Shown here piece by piece: positions 19,760 through 29,427 of a stretch of DNA of 64,000 bases. The stretch covers positions 544,001 through 608,000 of the forward strand of contig CAWHBU010000002.1 of NCBI GenBank assembly GCA_963827685.1, given 5' to 3'. The stretch comes from an uncultured delta proteobacterium. GTDB taxonomy: Bacteria; Desulfobacterota; BSN033; UBA1163. The translations under genes and the position numbers were made by a program. Numbering within the stretch: the stretch's first letter is position 1; the number at the start of each line of letters is the position of its first letter. The notes below the pieces were generated by a model. That model saw nothing but the letters and a program-made list of their open reading frames with translations, ran no database searches and was not told the origin of the DNA.

Positions 19760-21232
19760 ATGAAACAGCCACCAAATGAGCCAGAGGTGATTGTATTGGG
19801 TTCAGGCTTGGGAGGTTTGGTGGCTGGAACCTTATTGTCAAAGAATAACCATTCTGTCTTGCTGCTGAGAGAAAAAGGATACCAATCCTCCTATTCGACA
19901 AAAGGATACCATTTTGTACCCTTCTCGAACTTTTCAGAAAAATCTTTAAAGCCTCGCCTTGTTAGAAAAATATCTCAGGCATTGAACCTTTCTTTGCTGA
20001 TGGGAACCCGAGAAGATGGCAGGCAGGCGAAGGCCACTCCGGACAAATCAAAACAGAGGCCCACCCTTCAAATAGTGCTTCCCAGGGCAAGGATTGACAT
20101 TTTTGCTCAGCGTTCTCTATCCCAGAGGGAATGGAAGAGAGAATTTCCAAAAGAGGTCGTTCAGATCGAGGCATTTTATGATGAGCTGGACCAAATTCAG
20201 CCTCTTTTAGAAAAGGTAAATCGGAAGAGTCATCCTCCGGCATTTTTCCCCTTTCGAGAGCGTTCTTTGATCAAAAATATTTTTTCGTTCGACCCATTTT
20301 CAAAAGAAAAAATGGAGGAGAGACTCTCACCCTTTTCAAAAGAGTTTAGGGAATTCATTCAACTTCAACTGGTCTCTCGGGGGAATTTCTATTCAGATCG
20401 ATTTCCTCTCTCTTTGGTGACTCAGGTTCTATTCGATGGGACGCATGAATTGAATTCAGATATTGATTCAGAGAAAGTAGAAAAAGAACTTTTAAACCAA
20501 TTTATACGATCTGGAGGGAGGATTGAAGAAATCGACAGGGTGAAAGAGATAAACCTGGGGGGACGGAAGGGGATTACGCTAACCTTGGAAGGAAGCCCTA
20601 CGGTATTTCGATGTCAATCTCTTATTTTGAATTCCCCACTTCATCGCATTTCACCTTTCCTGGGGAAGAAAAGGAAGGGATTAGCAAAATGGGAGAAGAA
20701 GATCAAACCTTTGTACATGATGATTCCTTTGTTTTTAGGGATCGATGAAAAAGTTGTTCCAGTTGGCATGAAAGATCTTCTTGTCTCCACTTTGGATCTT
20801 GAAAAGCCCCACGATGATGGAAACCTCTTATTTCTTGCCCTTAGCCCGAAGGGAGACGAAACCAAAGCACCGGAGGGGAAGAGGGCACTCACCGTTGAAA
20901 GCCTGATGGATGTGGGGAAATGGGAACAAACTTCTCTGGTGGAATATCAGCAAGGAGTGATGAAGCATTTATATCATCTTTTTCCTTTTCTTGAGAATCA
21001 TATCGAATTTGTTGATTTCCAGTGGGCCAGTGATCATGTACCCCAGTGGTCTTTTTCACACTTTCTTTACGAGTCCACTTCTGATTTTTGTTGGAGGGAG
21101 GGAGTGGTTCCGATGAGGATTTCAAAAAACATTTACTTTGTTGGAAAGGAGAATTTTCCCTATTTAGGTCTGGGAGGAGAGGTCTTCAGCGGATTGACAG
21201 TGGCCCAACAGATTTTGAAGAAATACTCATGA
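19760..21232 (+). CDS. FAD-binding phytoene-dehydrogenase-like protein (divergent)
   Basis: N-terminal VIVLGSGLGGL dinucleotide motif, APEGK, C-terminal NIYFVG..FP..G.GG; ORF from 19718, ATG 19760 preferred. Confidence 0.65.
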   Translation: MKQPPNEPEVIVLGSGLGGLVAGTLLSKNNHSVLLLREKGYQSSYSTKGYHFVPFSNFSEKSLKPRLVRKISQALNLSLLMGTREDGRQAKATPDKSKQRPTLQIVLPRARIDIFAQRSLSQREWKREFPKEVVQIEAFYDELDQIQPLLEKVNRKSHPPAFFPFRERSLIKNIFSFDPFSKEKMEERLSPFSKEFREFIQLQLVSRGNFYSDRFPLSLVTQVLFDGTHELNSDIDSEKVEKELLNQFIRSGGRIEEIDRVKEINLGGRKGITLTLEGSPTVFRCQSLILNSPLHRISPFLGKKRKGLAKWEKKIKPLYMMIPLFLGIDEKVVPVGMKDLLVSTLDLEKPHDDGNLLFLALSPKGDETKAPEGKRALTVESLMDVGKWEQTSLVEYQQGVMKHLYHLFPFLENHIEFVDFQWASDHVPQWSFSHFLYESTSDFCWREGVVPMRISKNIYFVGKENFPYLGLGGEVFSGLTVAQQILKKYS

Positions 21233-21309
21233 ATCCTATCTCTCCCTCATCGCAAAAAAACTCACCCTCGGGCACAACCCTCCCCGCCTTTGGCGATAAA
21301 AGTTATCTA

Positions 21310-22593
21310 CTAAGATAAAGGATTTTTGGCGACCCGGACCAGTTCTTGGAGGTTTCTGAGTAAACGTCTTGGTTTTCCTTGTGAGAGTTCCTTTTCGGAA
21401 TGGAATCCAGTGGGAAGGGCATAAACATCAACTCGTGCCTGTTTTCCTGTCTCAATATCTGTGAGGGTGTCTCCGACGAAGATCGCCTCCTCTGGCGGGA
21501 GACCCATCTCCCTCAAGACGGCGTGGATCATATCCGGGAAAGGCTTGTTTCGTATGACATCCCCGGCACCGATCACAGATTTAAAATAGTCCGACACACC
21601 CAAGTGCGTGAGCACCCCTCTTGAGAAGCGACCGAATTTATTTGAAGCAATCCCCAGGATGGCACCCTCGGAATGGAGTATTTTTAGAACCTCTTTGGCA
21701 CCATCTAAAAAGTGGGTTTTATTGAGATAGACCTCCTCATATTTCTTTCTCATGACGGGAATACCCTTTAAAACTTCCTCGGGTGAGAAGAACGGAGAAA
21801 GTGTCGCTTCCAAATCTGCCCTGAGATGTATTTTGAGATCCTGAAAAGGAAAGATCTCTTTCCCGAGATATTGAAAGCACTCTTTCAGCCCCAGATAGAT
21901 CGCCTCATAGGATTCGATCAGCGTTCCGTCGAGGTCAAAGATAATTCCATGAATCTGCTTCTTCAGATCATTGAGAATCTCTTGAAAATCCTTGAAAAAA
22001 TGGCAGGTGATATCCTTTTTGATGCAATAGGGGTAAAGGGAATCTTTGGCAAAAACGAAGTCTGCTTCCTGAGCCGCACACCTGTCGGAAAGGCCATTTC
22101 CGATGAAAAAAATGGAATCATATTCTTTTCGGTGGATTTGCACCAGCTTCTTTTTGCAAGTCCCGCAAAGGCCACACTCTTCATCGGAGTGAGGAAAAGA
22201 GACGTCTATGCCTTCCCCCTCCCGGAAATGGGTACAGTTGGCGTAGAATGGGATCTTTGAGAGATGATGAATTTCAAGAATCTTCTTAATATAGAAATCG
22301 AGACCATCGCTGACAATTTTTATATCGATGCCCTTTTCACGACAATACTGGTAGAAAGCAGGAAAGGAGGGGTCGATGTCGGAATGCTCTTGGACAAAAC
22401 GGAGAACGGTTGATTCATCCCCCTTGAGGATTTTTGCGATTCGGGAGTAAGCCTCTCTTGAGCCGATCTTTCCGTCGCGGAAATCCCGGTCGATCCCTTC
22501 CCAATTTCCTGAAGTAAATTGATTGACCAGGACATATCCCGTATCCCGGACGCTGACCGTCCCATCGAAATCACAGAGGATCAATTTTCTCAT
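21310..22593 (-). CDS. Fused double HAD phosphatase (MtnX-like + Gph-like)
   Basis: N-terminal CDFDGTV...SDGLDFYI...CGTCK...GLSDRCAA; C-terminal FDLDGTL...ASNK...KPFPD...VGDT. Confidence 0.85.
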   Translation of the reverse strand: MRKLILCDFDGTVSVRDTGYVLVNQFTSGNWEGIDRDFRDGKIGSREAYSRIAKILKGDESTVLRFVQEHSDIDPSFPAFYQYCREKGIDIKIVSDGLDFYIKKILEIHHLSKIPFYANCTHFREGEGIDVSFPHSDEECGLCGTCKKKLVQIHRKEYDSIFFIGNGLSDRCAAQEADFVFAKDSLYPYCIKKDITCHFFKDFQEILNDLKKQIHGIIFDLDGTLIESYEAIYLGLKECFQYLGKEIFPFQDLKIHLRADLEATLSPFFSPEEVLKGIPVMRKKYEEVYLNKTHFLDGAKEVLKILHSEGAILGIASNKFGRFSRGVLTHLGVSDYFKSVIGAGDVIRNKPFPDMIHAVLREMGLPPEEAIFVGDTLTDIETGKQARVDVYALPTGFHSEKELSQGKPRRLLRNLQELVRVAKNPLS

Positions 22594-22621
22594 TGCAATT
22601 TAAACAATAATAGAATCTACA

Positions 22622-22737
22622 GTAAAATTCCAAATCCCAAGCACCAAATCACAAACAATACCAAATTTCAAATATCCAATGTTCAAACGAATCAAGCTTC
22701 TTGTTTCGAATTCAGAATTTGGGACATTGGAATTTAT
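22622..22737. repeat. Inverted heptamer array (xxCCAAA / TTTGGxx), continuing at 24381-24407
   Basis: AAATTCC AAATCCC AAGCACC AAATCAC..., followed by complementary units. Confidence 0.7.
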
Positions 22738-22812
22738 TAAGACCGCATCTGAAGACCCCGTCCTGTGGACGGGGATGAAAGGTGCGTCTGCTGAAAGCAG
22801 AAAAAATAAATC

Positions 22813-22832
22813 AGATGCTGAAACAAGTTCAG
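22813..22832. repeat. Left half of the REP palindrome interrupted by the IS110 element
   Basis: AGATGCTGAAACAAGTTCAG rejoined to CATGAC gives a hairpin; a related copy GTCATCCCGAACTTGTTTCGGGATCT lies at 24308-24333. Confidence 0.75.
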
Positions 22833-22920
22833 ACCTTATGATTGAAAAAGAAAGGCAAGTCTCGAGTTTTCGGATATAGTTTTTGGTACGACGCAAAAAC
22901 TCACCGAAAGGAGGCTTGCC

Positions 22921-23997
22921 ATGAGTAATGTTAAGAGTAGCAGACTTGATTTTACGGGTCAACCTATTTACATCGGTCTGGATGTCCACAAAAAGAGCTG
23001 GAGTGTAAGTATCTTTTCGAAGTATGGGGAGTATAAAACGTTTAACCAACCCCCTGAAGCCGACAAACTGGTCCATTACCTGAGCCATTATTTTCCGGGC
23101 GCTCTGTATTATGCGGTTTATGAAGCGGGCTATTGCGGCTTCTGGATCCATGATCAATTGAGGAAGAAAGGGATCCAATGTCTCGTGGTTAACCCGGCTG
23201 ATATCCCGACGAAGAATAAAGAGCGAAGGACCAAACGGGATCCGATCGATTGCCGCAAATTGGCCCGGAGTCTTCGCAATGGGGAGATCGAGGGCATCTA
23301 TGTCCCTTGCAGATCGAAACTGGAAGATCGCACTCTGATCCGGACCCGTCAGAGCATGGTGAGGAAGCAGACGCGATGTAAAAACCAGATCAAAGGGATG
23401 CTGCTGTTTTATGGAGTGGTGATTCCAGAGGAAAGAGAGATGGGCCATTGGAGCCGACGATTCATCCAGTGGATCGAGCGGATTCGGATGGAAAGAGCCA
23501 GCGGGGATATAGCCCTGAAGGCCCACTTGGAGGAACTGAACCATCTGCGCCAGCTGATCGCCAGTTTGAACCGGGCCATCCTGCACCTGGCCAGGACGGA
23601 GGAGTACCGGCCTTTTGTCCGTTTGTTGAAGACGGTCCCCGGGATCAGCACGCTGACAGCCATGATCTTGCTGGCGGAACTGGGTGAGATTACGCGTTTC
23701 CCGTCTCTGGACGAGTTGTCCTGTTACGTTGGACTGATTCCAGACACTCAAGAAAGTGGTGAGAAACAATACGTCGGAGGAATTACGCAGCGGCGCCATG
23801 CGCAGTTGAGGTGGCTGCTCATTGAAGCCTCCTGGGTTGCAGTCCGCAAGGATCCGGCGCTTCTGATGGCCTTCCAGGAGTACTGCAAAAGGATGCGCAA
23901 GACGAAGGCCATCGTCAAGATCGCCAGGAAACTTCTGAACCGGATCCGCTACGTTCTCAAAAATCAGGCGGAATACGTTCCGTGTGTCATTGAGTAA
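22921..23997 (+). CDS. IS110-family DEDD transposase/recombinase
   Basis: YIGLDVHK, VYEAG, KRDPIDC (DEDD), TVPGI, YVGLIP...SG (catalytic Ser), ARKL. Confidence 0.95.
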   Translation: MSNVKSSRLDFTGQPIYIGLDVHKKSWSVSIFSKYGEYKTFNQPPEADKLVHYLSHYFPGALYYAVYEAGYCGFWIHDQLRKKGIQCLVVNPADIPTKNKERRTKRDPIDCRKLARSLRNGEIEGIYVPCRSKLEDRTLIRTRQSMVRKQTRCKNQIKGMLLFYGVVIPEEREMGHWSRRFIQWIERIRMERASGDIALKAHLEELNHLRQLIASLNRAILHLARTEEYRPFVRLLKTVPGISTLTAMILLAELGEITRFPSLDELSCYVGLIPDTQESGEKQYVGGITQRRHAQLRWLLIEASWVAVRKDPALLMAFQEYCKRMRKTKAIVKIARKLLNRIRYVLKNQAEYVPCVIE

Positions 23998-24041
23998 CTC
24001 TAAATGCATTGGGACATGACCCGATCTGATAAATCGCTTCC

Positions 24042-24185
24042 GTGGGCAACGATATGTCATGCTTGCAGCTCATCGCAAGATGATGGCTGCTACAGTTCAG
24101 ACTCCGTGCCCACACTTTAAAATATGACAAGGTTTTGCAGCTATCCGAAAACGATATGTCTGCTAATAGAAGGTTGATTTTAAAG
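24042..24185 (+). ncRNA. Predicted bridge/seek RNA with target-binding and donor-binding loops
   Basis: Loop 1 is closed by GTGGGCA/TGCCCAC and contains TGTCATGCT and AGTTCAG (match to the target flanks). Loop 2 is closed by CTTTAAAAT/ATTTTAAAG and contains AAGGTTT and ATAGAAG (match to the circle junction). Transcript ends and strand are inferred. Confidence 0.8.
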
Positions 24186-24409
24186 ATTGGTGCTGTCCTT
24201 AAAAACATTATCTAATACCACGTCTATGCTGATTGGGACTTGCTTTTCAACATAGAAGCATGACACAACATAGAAGCATGACACGACGGTTCGGTTCTGG
24301 TCTTTTTGTCATCCCGAACTTGTTTCGGGATCTCGGTTTTGGGTTTTAGAATTTAGGTTTTAAAGCCCCGCCCTGGCGGGATTGGAATTTGGGATTTGGG
24401 TATTCAAGT

Positions 24410-24928
24410 TTAGTCATCCCAACCGATCTTTTTCCTTTTGGTAACAGGGAGCTTGAACTTCTCTTTCAACCGCCTGACAACCAGGTCTGGAACCAATCCC
24501 TCCACACCGCCCCCTAATCTGGCAACCTCTTTGATCGTTCTGGAGGAGACGAAAAAATAGTCCTTACTGGTCATCATGAAGAGGGTATCCAGATGGGTGT
24601 TGAGGCTTCGATTCATAGAGGCCATATGAAATTCATATTCGAAGTCTGAGGTGGCCCGGAGGCCCCTTAAAATCACTTTGGCATTGGTCTTCGCTACATA
24701 GTCGACAAGAAGTCCCTTGAAACTGTCCACGATGACATTGGGTGTGTCCTTAAAGATGGTTTTGGTCATCTTCAGCCGTTCCTCAATGGTGAAGAGAGAA
24801 CGTTTTTCAACATTATTGGCAATGGCCACAATCACCTTGTCGAAGATCTCAAGACCCCTCTCGATGATATCAATATGACCATAGGTAATAGGATCAAACG
24901 AGCCCGCGTAGATGGCCACTTTTCCCAT
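24410..24928 (-). CDS. coaD: Phosphopantetheine adenylyltransferase
   Basis: YAGSFDPITYGH, RGLRATSDFEYE, VSSRTIKE; start 24928 or 24961. Confidence 0.97.
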   Translation of the reverse strand: MGKVAIYAGSFDPITYGHIDIIERGLEIFDKVIVAIANNVEKRSLFTIEERLKMTKTIFKDTPNVIVDSFKGLLVDYVAKTNAKVILRGLRATSDFEYEFHMASMNRSLNTHLDTLFMMTSKDYFFVSSRTIKEVARLGGGVEGLVPDLVVRRLKEKFKLPVTKRKKIGWDD

Positions 24929-25008
24929 ATCTTTTTCTTCTCCTTTCTTCTTTTGTGCCATTCCATTCCCCCCGTTTATGGGCCTGCACCAGGCAGGCGA
25001 AAATGGGT

Positions 25009-25596
25009 TTAGAATTCTATTTTAACCTCGGTTGAGCCATGGTCTTGCTGCGGGGTTAAAAAAGAGATCACGGTGTCTCCCATCCGTCGTTGACGAATGA
25101 GATTCCATCCATCCAGGATCTGGGGGAGGGGTTCCCGCCGGTTATGTTCGATGACCAGGATGGAGCCCTTGTGATAAATCTGTTTGGAGTTCAATTCCAT
25201 CAAGGTTTTTCGGATCAATCCCCTCTCGTAAGGAGGATCCATCAAGATCAGATCGAAGCATTCCCCTCTCCGTTTGAGAATTCCGATCGCTCGGTTTACG
25301 TCTCTTGGAACGATTTCAGACCGTTCCTCTAACCCAAATTGAGTGAGATTTCTTTGGATGAGTCGCAAGGCCTGTCTCTCCTTTTCAACAAAGATCGCTT
25401 TCTTCGCTCCTCGACTCAGGGCTTCGATGCCTAAATTTCCTGTGCCCGCGAAAAGGTCAAGAACCACTCCTCCCGCCATTTTCTCTTGGAGGATGTTAAA
25501 GATAGATTCCTTCACACGATCAGAAGTAGGGCGAAGAGACTGGTTCCTTGGTGTCACCAGCTTTCTTCCCCTCGATGTTCCACTAATAATGCGCAT
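25009..25596 (-). CDS. rsmD: 16S rRNA m2G966 methyltransferase
   Basis: MRIISG, LRPTSDRVKESIFN, LDLFAGTG, DPPY. Confidence 0.95.
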   Translation of the reverse strand: MRIISGTSRGRKLVTPRNQSLRPTSDRVKESIFNILQEKMAGGVVLDLFAGTGNLGIEALSRGAKKAIFVEKERQALRLIQRNLTQFGLEERSEIVPRDVNRAIGILKRRGECFDLILMDPPYERGLIRKTLMELNSKQIYHKGSILVIEHNRREPLPQILDGWNLIRQRRMGDTVISFLTPQQDHGSTEVKIEF

Positions 25597-25604
25597 CGTT
25601 TACT

Positions 25605-25741
25605 TAAATTCCAAATTACAAATCCCAAATCCCAAACAAATTTCAATCTCCAATTTCCAAATGACCAAAACTGTTTTGTTCATGGTTTCGAATTTTGGCC
25701 ATTGGAATTTATTTGATGCTTGGTGCTTGTGATTTGGTGCT
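25605..25741. repeat. Inverted heptamer array
   Basis: AAATTCC/AAATCCC-like units, then TTGGTGC/TTGTGAT units. Confidence 0.7.
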
Positions 25742-26202
25742 TATCCGAAATTCTTCAATCGCTCAATTCTTTTAAGCATATTCTCCTGATGGGACCCTTG
25801 CCAATAGATCTTCAGACACTGGGGACATCGAAAAAAGTTCTTCTGTTGGTAGAAGATAAAGTCTGGGACCTTCCCTTCAGCCTCTTTCCGTGTGATTTCG
25901 TTGAGGAGAGTGTTACAGAGGAGGCACCTGGAAAAAAGGCTCTCCTCATTCAACGAAATGACTTTTTTTTGAATGAGTTCCTTCAACTGGAGAGAAGGTT
26001 GGTCCTCCGCGATCCTGTTGATTCGATCCTCGGGTTTCTTAGGGATGAGTTTGCCATTTCGAGTCAAGATAATCCGACCCTCCTCACGAGCCAATTTGAT
26101 CAACTGGTAAGCATTTTCTCCCCGATAATAAACTGTATCATAGCCCAGCATCCTCAACCCCTTAGCCAATTTCCCAAGCATTCGATCTGCAACAAACTTC
26201 AT
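25741..26202 (-). CDS. Mut7-C RNase-domain (PIN-like + Zn ribbon) protein
   Basis: FVADRMLGKLAKGLRMLGYD, ILTRN, SRCLLCN, CPQC.KIYWQGSH. Confidence 0.9.
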   Translation of the reverse strand: MKFVADRMLGKLAKGLRMLGYDTVYYRGENAYQLIKLAREEGRIILTRNGKLIPKKPEDRINRIAEDQPSLQLKELIQKKVISLNEESLFSRCLLCNTLLNEITRKEAEGKVPDFIFYQQKNFFRCPQCLKIYWQGSHQENMLKRIERLKNFG

Positions 26203-26352
26203 CGCTCAACACATTAGAGTTCAAATACAAAAATCCAAATGCCAAAGGAATGACAAATGTTTAAATGTCAATAATTTTGTCTTCTTAACCTTTACTTCAA
26301 ACTTTGAACTTTGTCATTTGACATCCATTCCAATACACTTCCTCATGAGCGA

Positions 26353-27213
26353 TTACATATATTTCCCGATGATCAGTTCTAAATCCTTTTTCGTTTTTCC
26401 CGGGATAAACTTTTTGTTAGTGATTAGGGCATATTTTAAAGCATCGGCACAAAGACATTCTCTTTTCTCAGGAAGATGTTTGATGGCCTGTCGAATCGCA
26501 CTTTTTGCAATCTTTGTGCTTTGAGCCAGAATTCTGAGGACCTCACCGATGGAGACATCTCCTGCCGCCTCGTGCCAGCAATCGTAATCGGTTGCAAAGG
26601 CGATAGTGGAATAACAGATCTCAGCTTCCCGAGCCAGTTTCGCCTCGGGGAGGTTGGTCATCCCAATGATATCCACACCCCATGTTCGGAAAAGCCTCGA
26701 TTCGGCACGTGTTGAAAACTGAGGTCCTTCAATACAAATGTAGGTTCCGTCTTTATGAACTGTCGCTCCCACCTTTTTTCCGGCCTCGCAGAGGATCTGG
26801 CTTAGAACGGGACAAACTGGATCTGCAAAGCTGATGTGACCCACGATTCCATCACTGAAGAAGGTGTTCGGACGGCCCTTTGTCTGGTCAATGAATTGGT
26901 TCGGGATCACCATATCCCCGGGGTGAATCGATTCTTTCATCGACCCCACGGCACTGACGCCGATGATCCACTGGACACCCAGCTTTTTCATTCCGTAGAT
27001 ATTGGCCCTGAAGTTAAGAGAAGAGGGTTGGATGCGATGGCCTTTCCCATGCCGGGGCAGGAAGGTAACCTTCACCCCTTCGAGTCGCCCCAAAATGAAC
27101 GAATCGGATGGGTCTCCAAAAGGGGTCTTTAAGGAAACGGTTTGAATCTCTTCAAGGCCTTCCATTTCATAGAGACCTGACCCCCCTATCACCCCAACGA
27201 TCTTCTCAGTCAT
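26353..27213 (-). CDS. mtnP: S-methyl-5'-thioadenosine phosphorylase
   Basis: GVIGGSGLY, FLPRHG, EGPQFSTRAES, GMTNLPEAKLAREAE, TDYDCW. Confidence 0.95.
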   Translation of the reverse strand: MTEKIVGVIGGSGLYEMEGLEEIQTVSLKTPFGDPSDSFILGRLEGVKVTFLPRHGKGHRIQPSSLNFRANIYGMKKLGVQWIIGVSAVGSMKESIHPGDMVIPNQFIDQTKGRPNTFFSDGIVGHISFADPVCPVLSQILCEAGKKVGATVHKDGTYICIEGPQFSTRAESRLFRTWGVDIIGMTNLPEAKLAREAEICYSTIAFATDYDCWHEAAGDVSIGEVLRILAQSTKIAKSAIRQAIKHLPEKRECLCADALKYALITNKKFIPGKTKKDLELIIGKYM

Positions 27214-27372
27214 CCTTCTCCTCCTTGGTAAGATTAGAGTTCATGTTAACGCCGTCATGGCAAAAAATCAATCATCGATTCCAGCGACAATCGAAACAGA
27301 AAGGGATCGAGGGGATTACGAAAATGCTGCAGAATGCCCCGCCCCGTGGGCGGGATGCTTCACTCCGAACTC

Positions 27373-28401
27373 CTAACTTTTCCCCTGGAGCTGACCACAG
27401 GCAGCTGAAATCTCTCTCCCCTTGCTATTCCGGACGATTGCGGTAAGCCCGCCCTCCATCAAAATTTTTTGAAACTCTTTGACCTTCTCCTCCGCAGGTT
27501 TCTTAAAAGGGATCTCGGGGGCTTCGTTGAGGGGGATGAGATTGACCTTGGAGGGAATGCCTCTCAATATTCTTAATAGTCGTTTGGCCTCTTGGGAGGA
27601 ATCATTAATCCCTTCGAGGAGAACATATTCGAAGGTGATTCGCGCTCTCGGCCGGAGAGGGAAGTTTCGGCAAATCTCTAAGATTTTCTTTAAAGGGTAG
27701 CGGCGATTGATTGGCATGAGATGACTTCTCCCTTCTTCATCGGGGGCATTAAGGGAGATGGCGAGACGAAATGAAATTTTTTCTTTTGATAGTCGTTCCA
27801 ACTCGGGCAGGAGACCAACGGTTGAGAGGGTAATCCTCCTCGATGAAAATTTGAAGCCGTCGGGATGAGCCATCAATTCTATCGCCTTTAGTGTATTTTC
27901 ATAATTAGCGAGGGGTTCTCCCATTCCCATCAAGACGATGTTGGTGACCGATGATTTTTCAGGGACCATTCTTTTGACCGCCAGAATCTGATTGAGGATC
28001 TCCGAAACCATGAGATCTCGTTTCCATCCGATTTTTCCGGTCAGACAGAATCGACACCCGAAGGCACATCCCACCTGGGTTGAAAGGCAAAGGGTGAGGC
28101 GTGCTTTGTCTGGGATCAGCACACTTTCAATTCGGTTTCCGTCTTCGAGGTGAAATAAAAATTTTCTTGTTCCATCCACCGCCTGTTCCACCCGAAGGGG
28201 GTGGAGGGTCGAGATAAAGCTGGCCTGGCTTAACTCTTGGCGGAATCTTTTGGAGAGATTGGTCATCTCATCGAAGGATTGAACACCCTTCTGGTAGAGC
28301 CATCTCAGAATCTGGATACTTCGGTAGCGTTCTTTTCCGAATGACCTGAGAAATTCATTGAGTTCAGAGGGACTTAAATTCTTTAAATCGACTTTTTCCA
28401 T
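27373..28401 (-). CDS. rlmN: 23S rRNA m2A2503 radical-SAM methyltransferase
   Basis: CLSTQVGCAFGCRFC, MGMGEP, ISAACGQL; start 28401 or 28413. Confidence 0.97.
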   Translation of the reverse strand: MEKVDLKNLSPSELNEFLRSFGKERYRSIQILRWLYQKGVQSFDEMTNLSKRFRQELSQASFISTLHPLRVEQAVDGTRKFLFHLEDGNRIESVLIPDKARLTLCLSTQVGCAFGCRFCLTGKIGWKRDLMVSEILNQILAVKRMVPEKSSVTNIVLMGMGEPLANYENTLKAIELMAHPDGFKFSSRRITLSTVGLLPELERLSKEKISFRLAISLNAPDEEGRSHLMPINRRYPLKKILEICRNFPLRPRARITFEYVLLEGINDSSQEAKRLLRILRGIPSKVNLIPLNEAPEIPFKKPAEEKVKEFQKILMEGGLTAIVRNSKGREISAACGQLQGKS

Positions 28402-28436
28402 AAAATCATTCAATTCAAATTACCCACCCCAATAAG

Positions 28437-28685
28437 ACTGTGTCGCAATGGTGACTGCACAAAAAGATGAATCTTCCCATGTGAGAGAGTGCAAGATTGA
28501 CAGGGGACAGGCGACTGGCTGAGGAAGCTTTAGGGTGGGACCTTTTATCAAGTAAATTCATACCCCTATACTCCATGAAGACGTCGTTTCCGATCACAAA
28601 AATGATTGACTATACCTTTCAAAAATCCGCAATTCTAAAGCTTCCGAAGCTTGTCACCTGTCCCTCACTGCGATTACGACACAGT
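28437..28685. mobile_element. MITE-like element with 13-bp terminal inverted repeats
   Basis: ACTGTGTCGCAAT ... ATTACGACACAGT; similar ends bound 42682-42805. Confidence 0.55.
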
Positions 28686-28715
28686 TTCTATGGGAAGGGT
28701 GCGGGATAGGATTTT

Positions 28716-29135
28716 TCAATATTCAAGCACCTCCAGGGAATTAAAGAAATATTTGATTTCAAAGGCGGCTGTTTCAGGTGCGTCAGAACCATGCACCACG
28801 TTCTTTTCGATATTGGTAGCAAACTGGCGCCGCAGGGTCCCTTGCTTTGCTTGTTTAGGATCCGTGGCGCCCATCAACTCCCGTGTCTTTGAAATCGCCC
28901 CTTCTCCTTCAAGAACCATCACCACAGAAGGTCCGGAAGACATGAAGGCAGTCAGGCTTTCGAAAAAGGGTTTGCCTCGATGGACAGCATAAAATCCCTC
29001 TGCCTCTTTTCTGTTCATTGAGATCATCTTCAGACCGATTACCTTCAGACCGTGGTCTTCAAAACGTTTAATGACCTCACCAATGAGATGTTTCTGGATG
29101 CCATCCGGCTTCACAATGGATAATGTCCTTTCCAT
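28716..29135 (-). CDS. ndk: Nucleoside diphosphate kinase
   Basis: [27 protein letters not shown]; GGAGG RBS before ATG 29135. Confidence 0.97.
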   Translation of the reverse strand: MERTLSIVKPDGIQKHLIGEVIKRFEDHGLKVIGLKMISMNRKEAEGFYAVHRGKPFFESLTAFMSSGPSVVMVLEGEGAISKTRELMGATDPKQAKQGTLRRQFATNIEKNVVHGSDAPETAAFEIKYFFNSLEVLEY

Positions 29136-29427
29136 ATCTTCCTCCTTTGGACTTAAATTATAAGTGTTTAATCTATCTTTCACAATTCCTAATTGTCAAG
29201 TTACGGTTTCGACTCTCCGATCCCGTGACAAATGGTCTTGAGAAAACAGGCATTGAAGAAATGGGCATTAGTGAATTTATGGGACTGACAGAATTGTTAA
29301 GCAATCAATATTTTACCAATATGATTTCCCTCTCCCCCAAGGGGAGAGGGGAGGGTGAGGGGGATACATTGACAAAGCAGACATCGATGTCCTATTCTGC
29401 AATTATCTTGTAAACGAGGAGGAGCGG

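Larger units (their letters stand above)
22833..24258 (+). mobile_element. IS110-family insertion sequence (IS1111-like organisation)
   Basis: Sub-terminal inverted repeats TATGATTGAAAAAG..GCAAGTCTC / GGGACTTGCTTTTCAACATA; AG core at both junctions; long 3' non-coding region. Confidence 0.85.

Noticed and set aside
22600-24060. 486-aa ORF antisense to the IS110 transposase
   Set aside because: Shadow ORF with no motifs; it runs out of the element into repeat DNA
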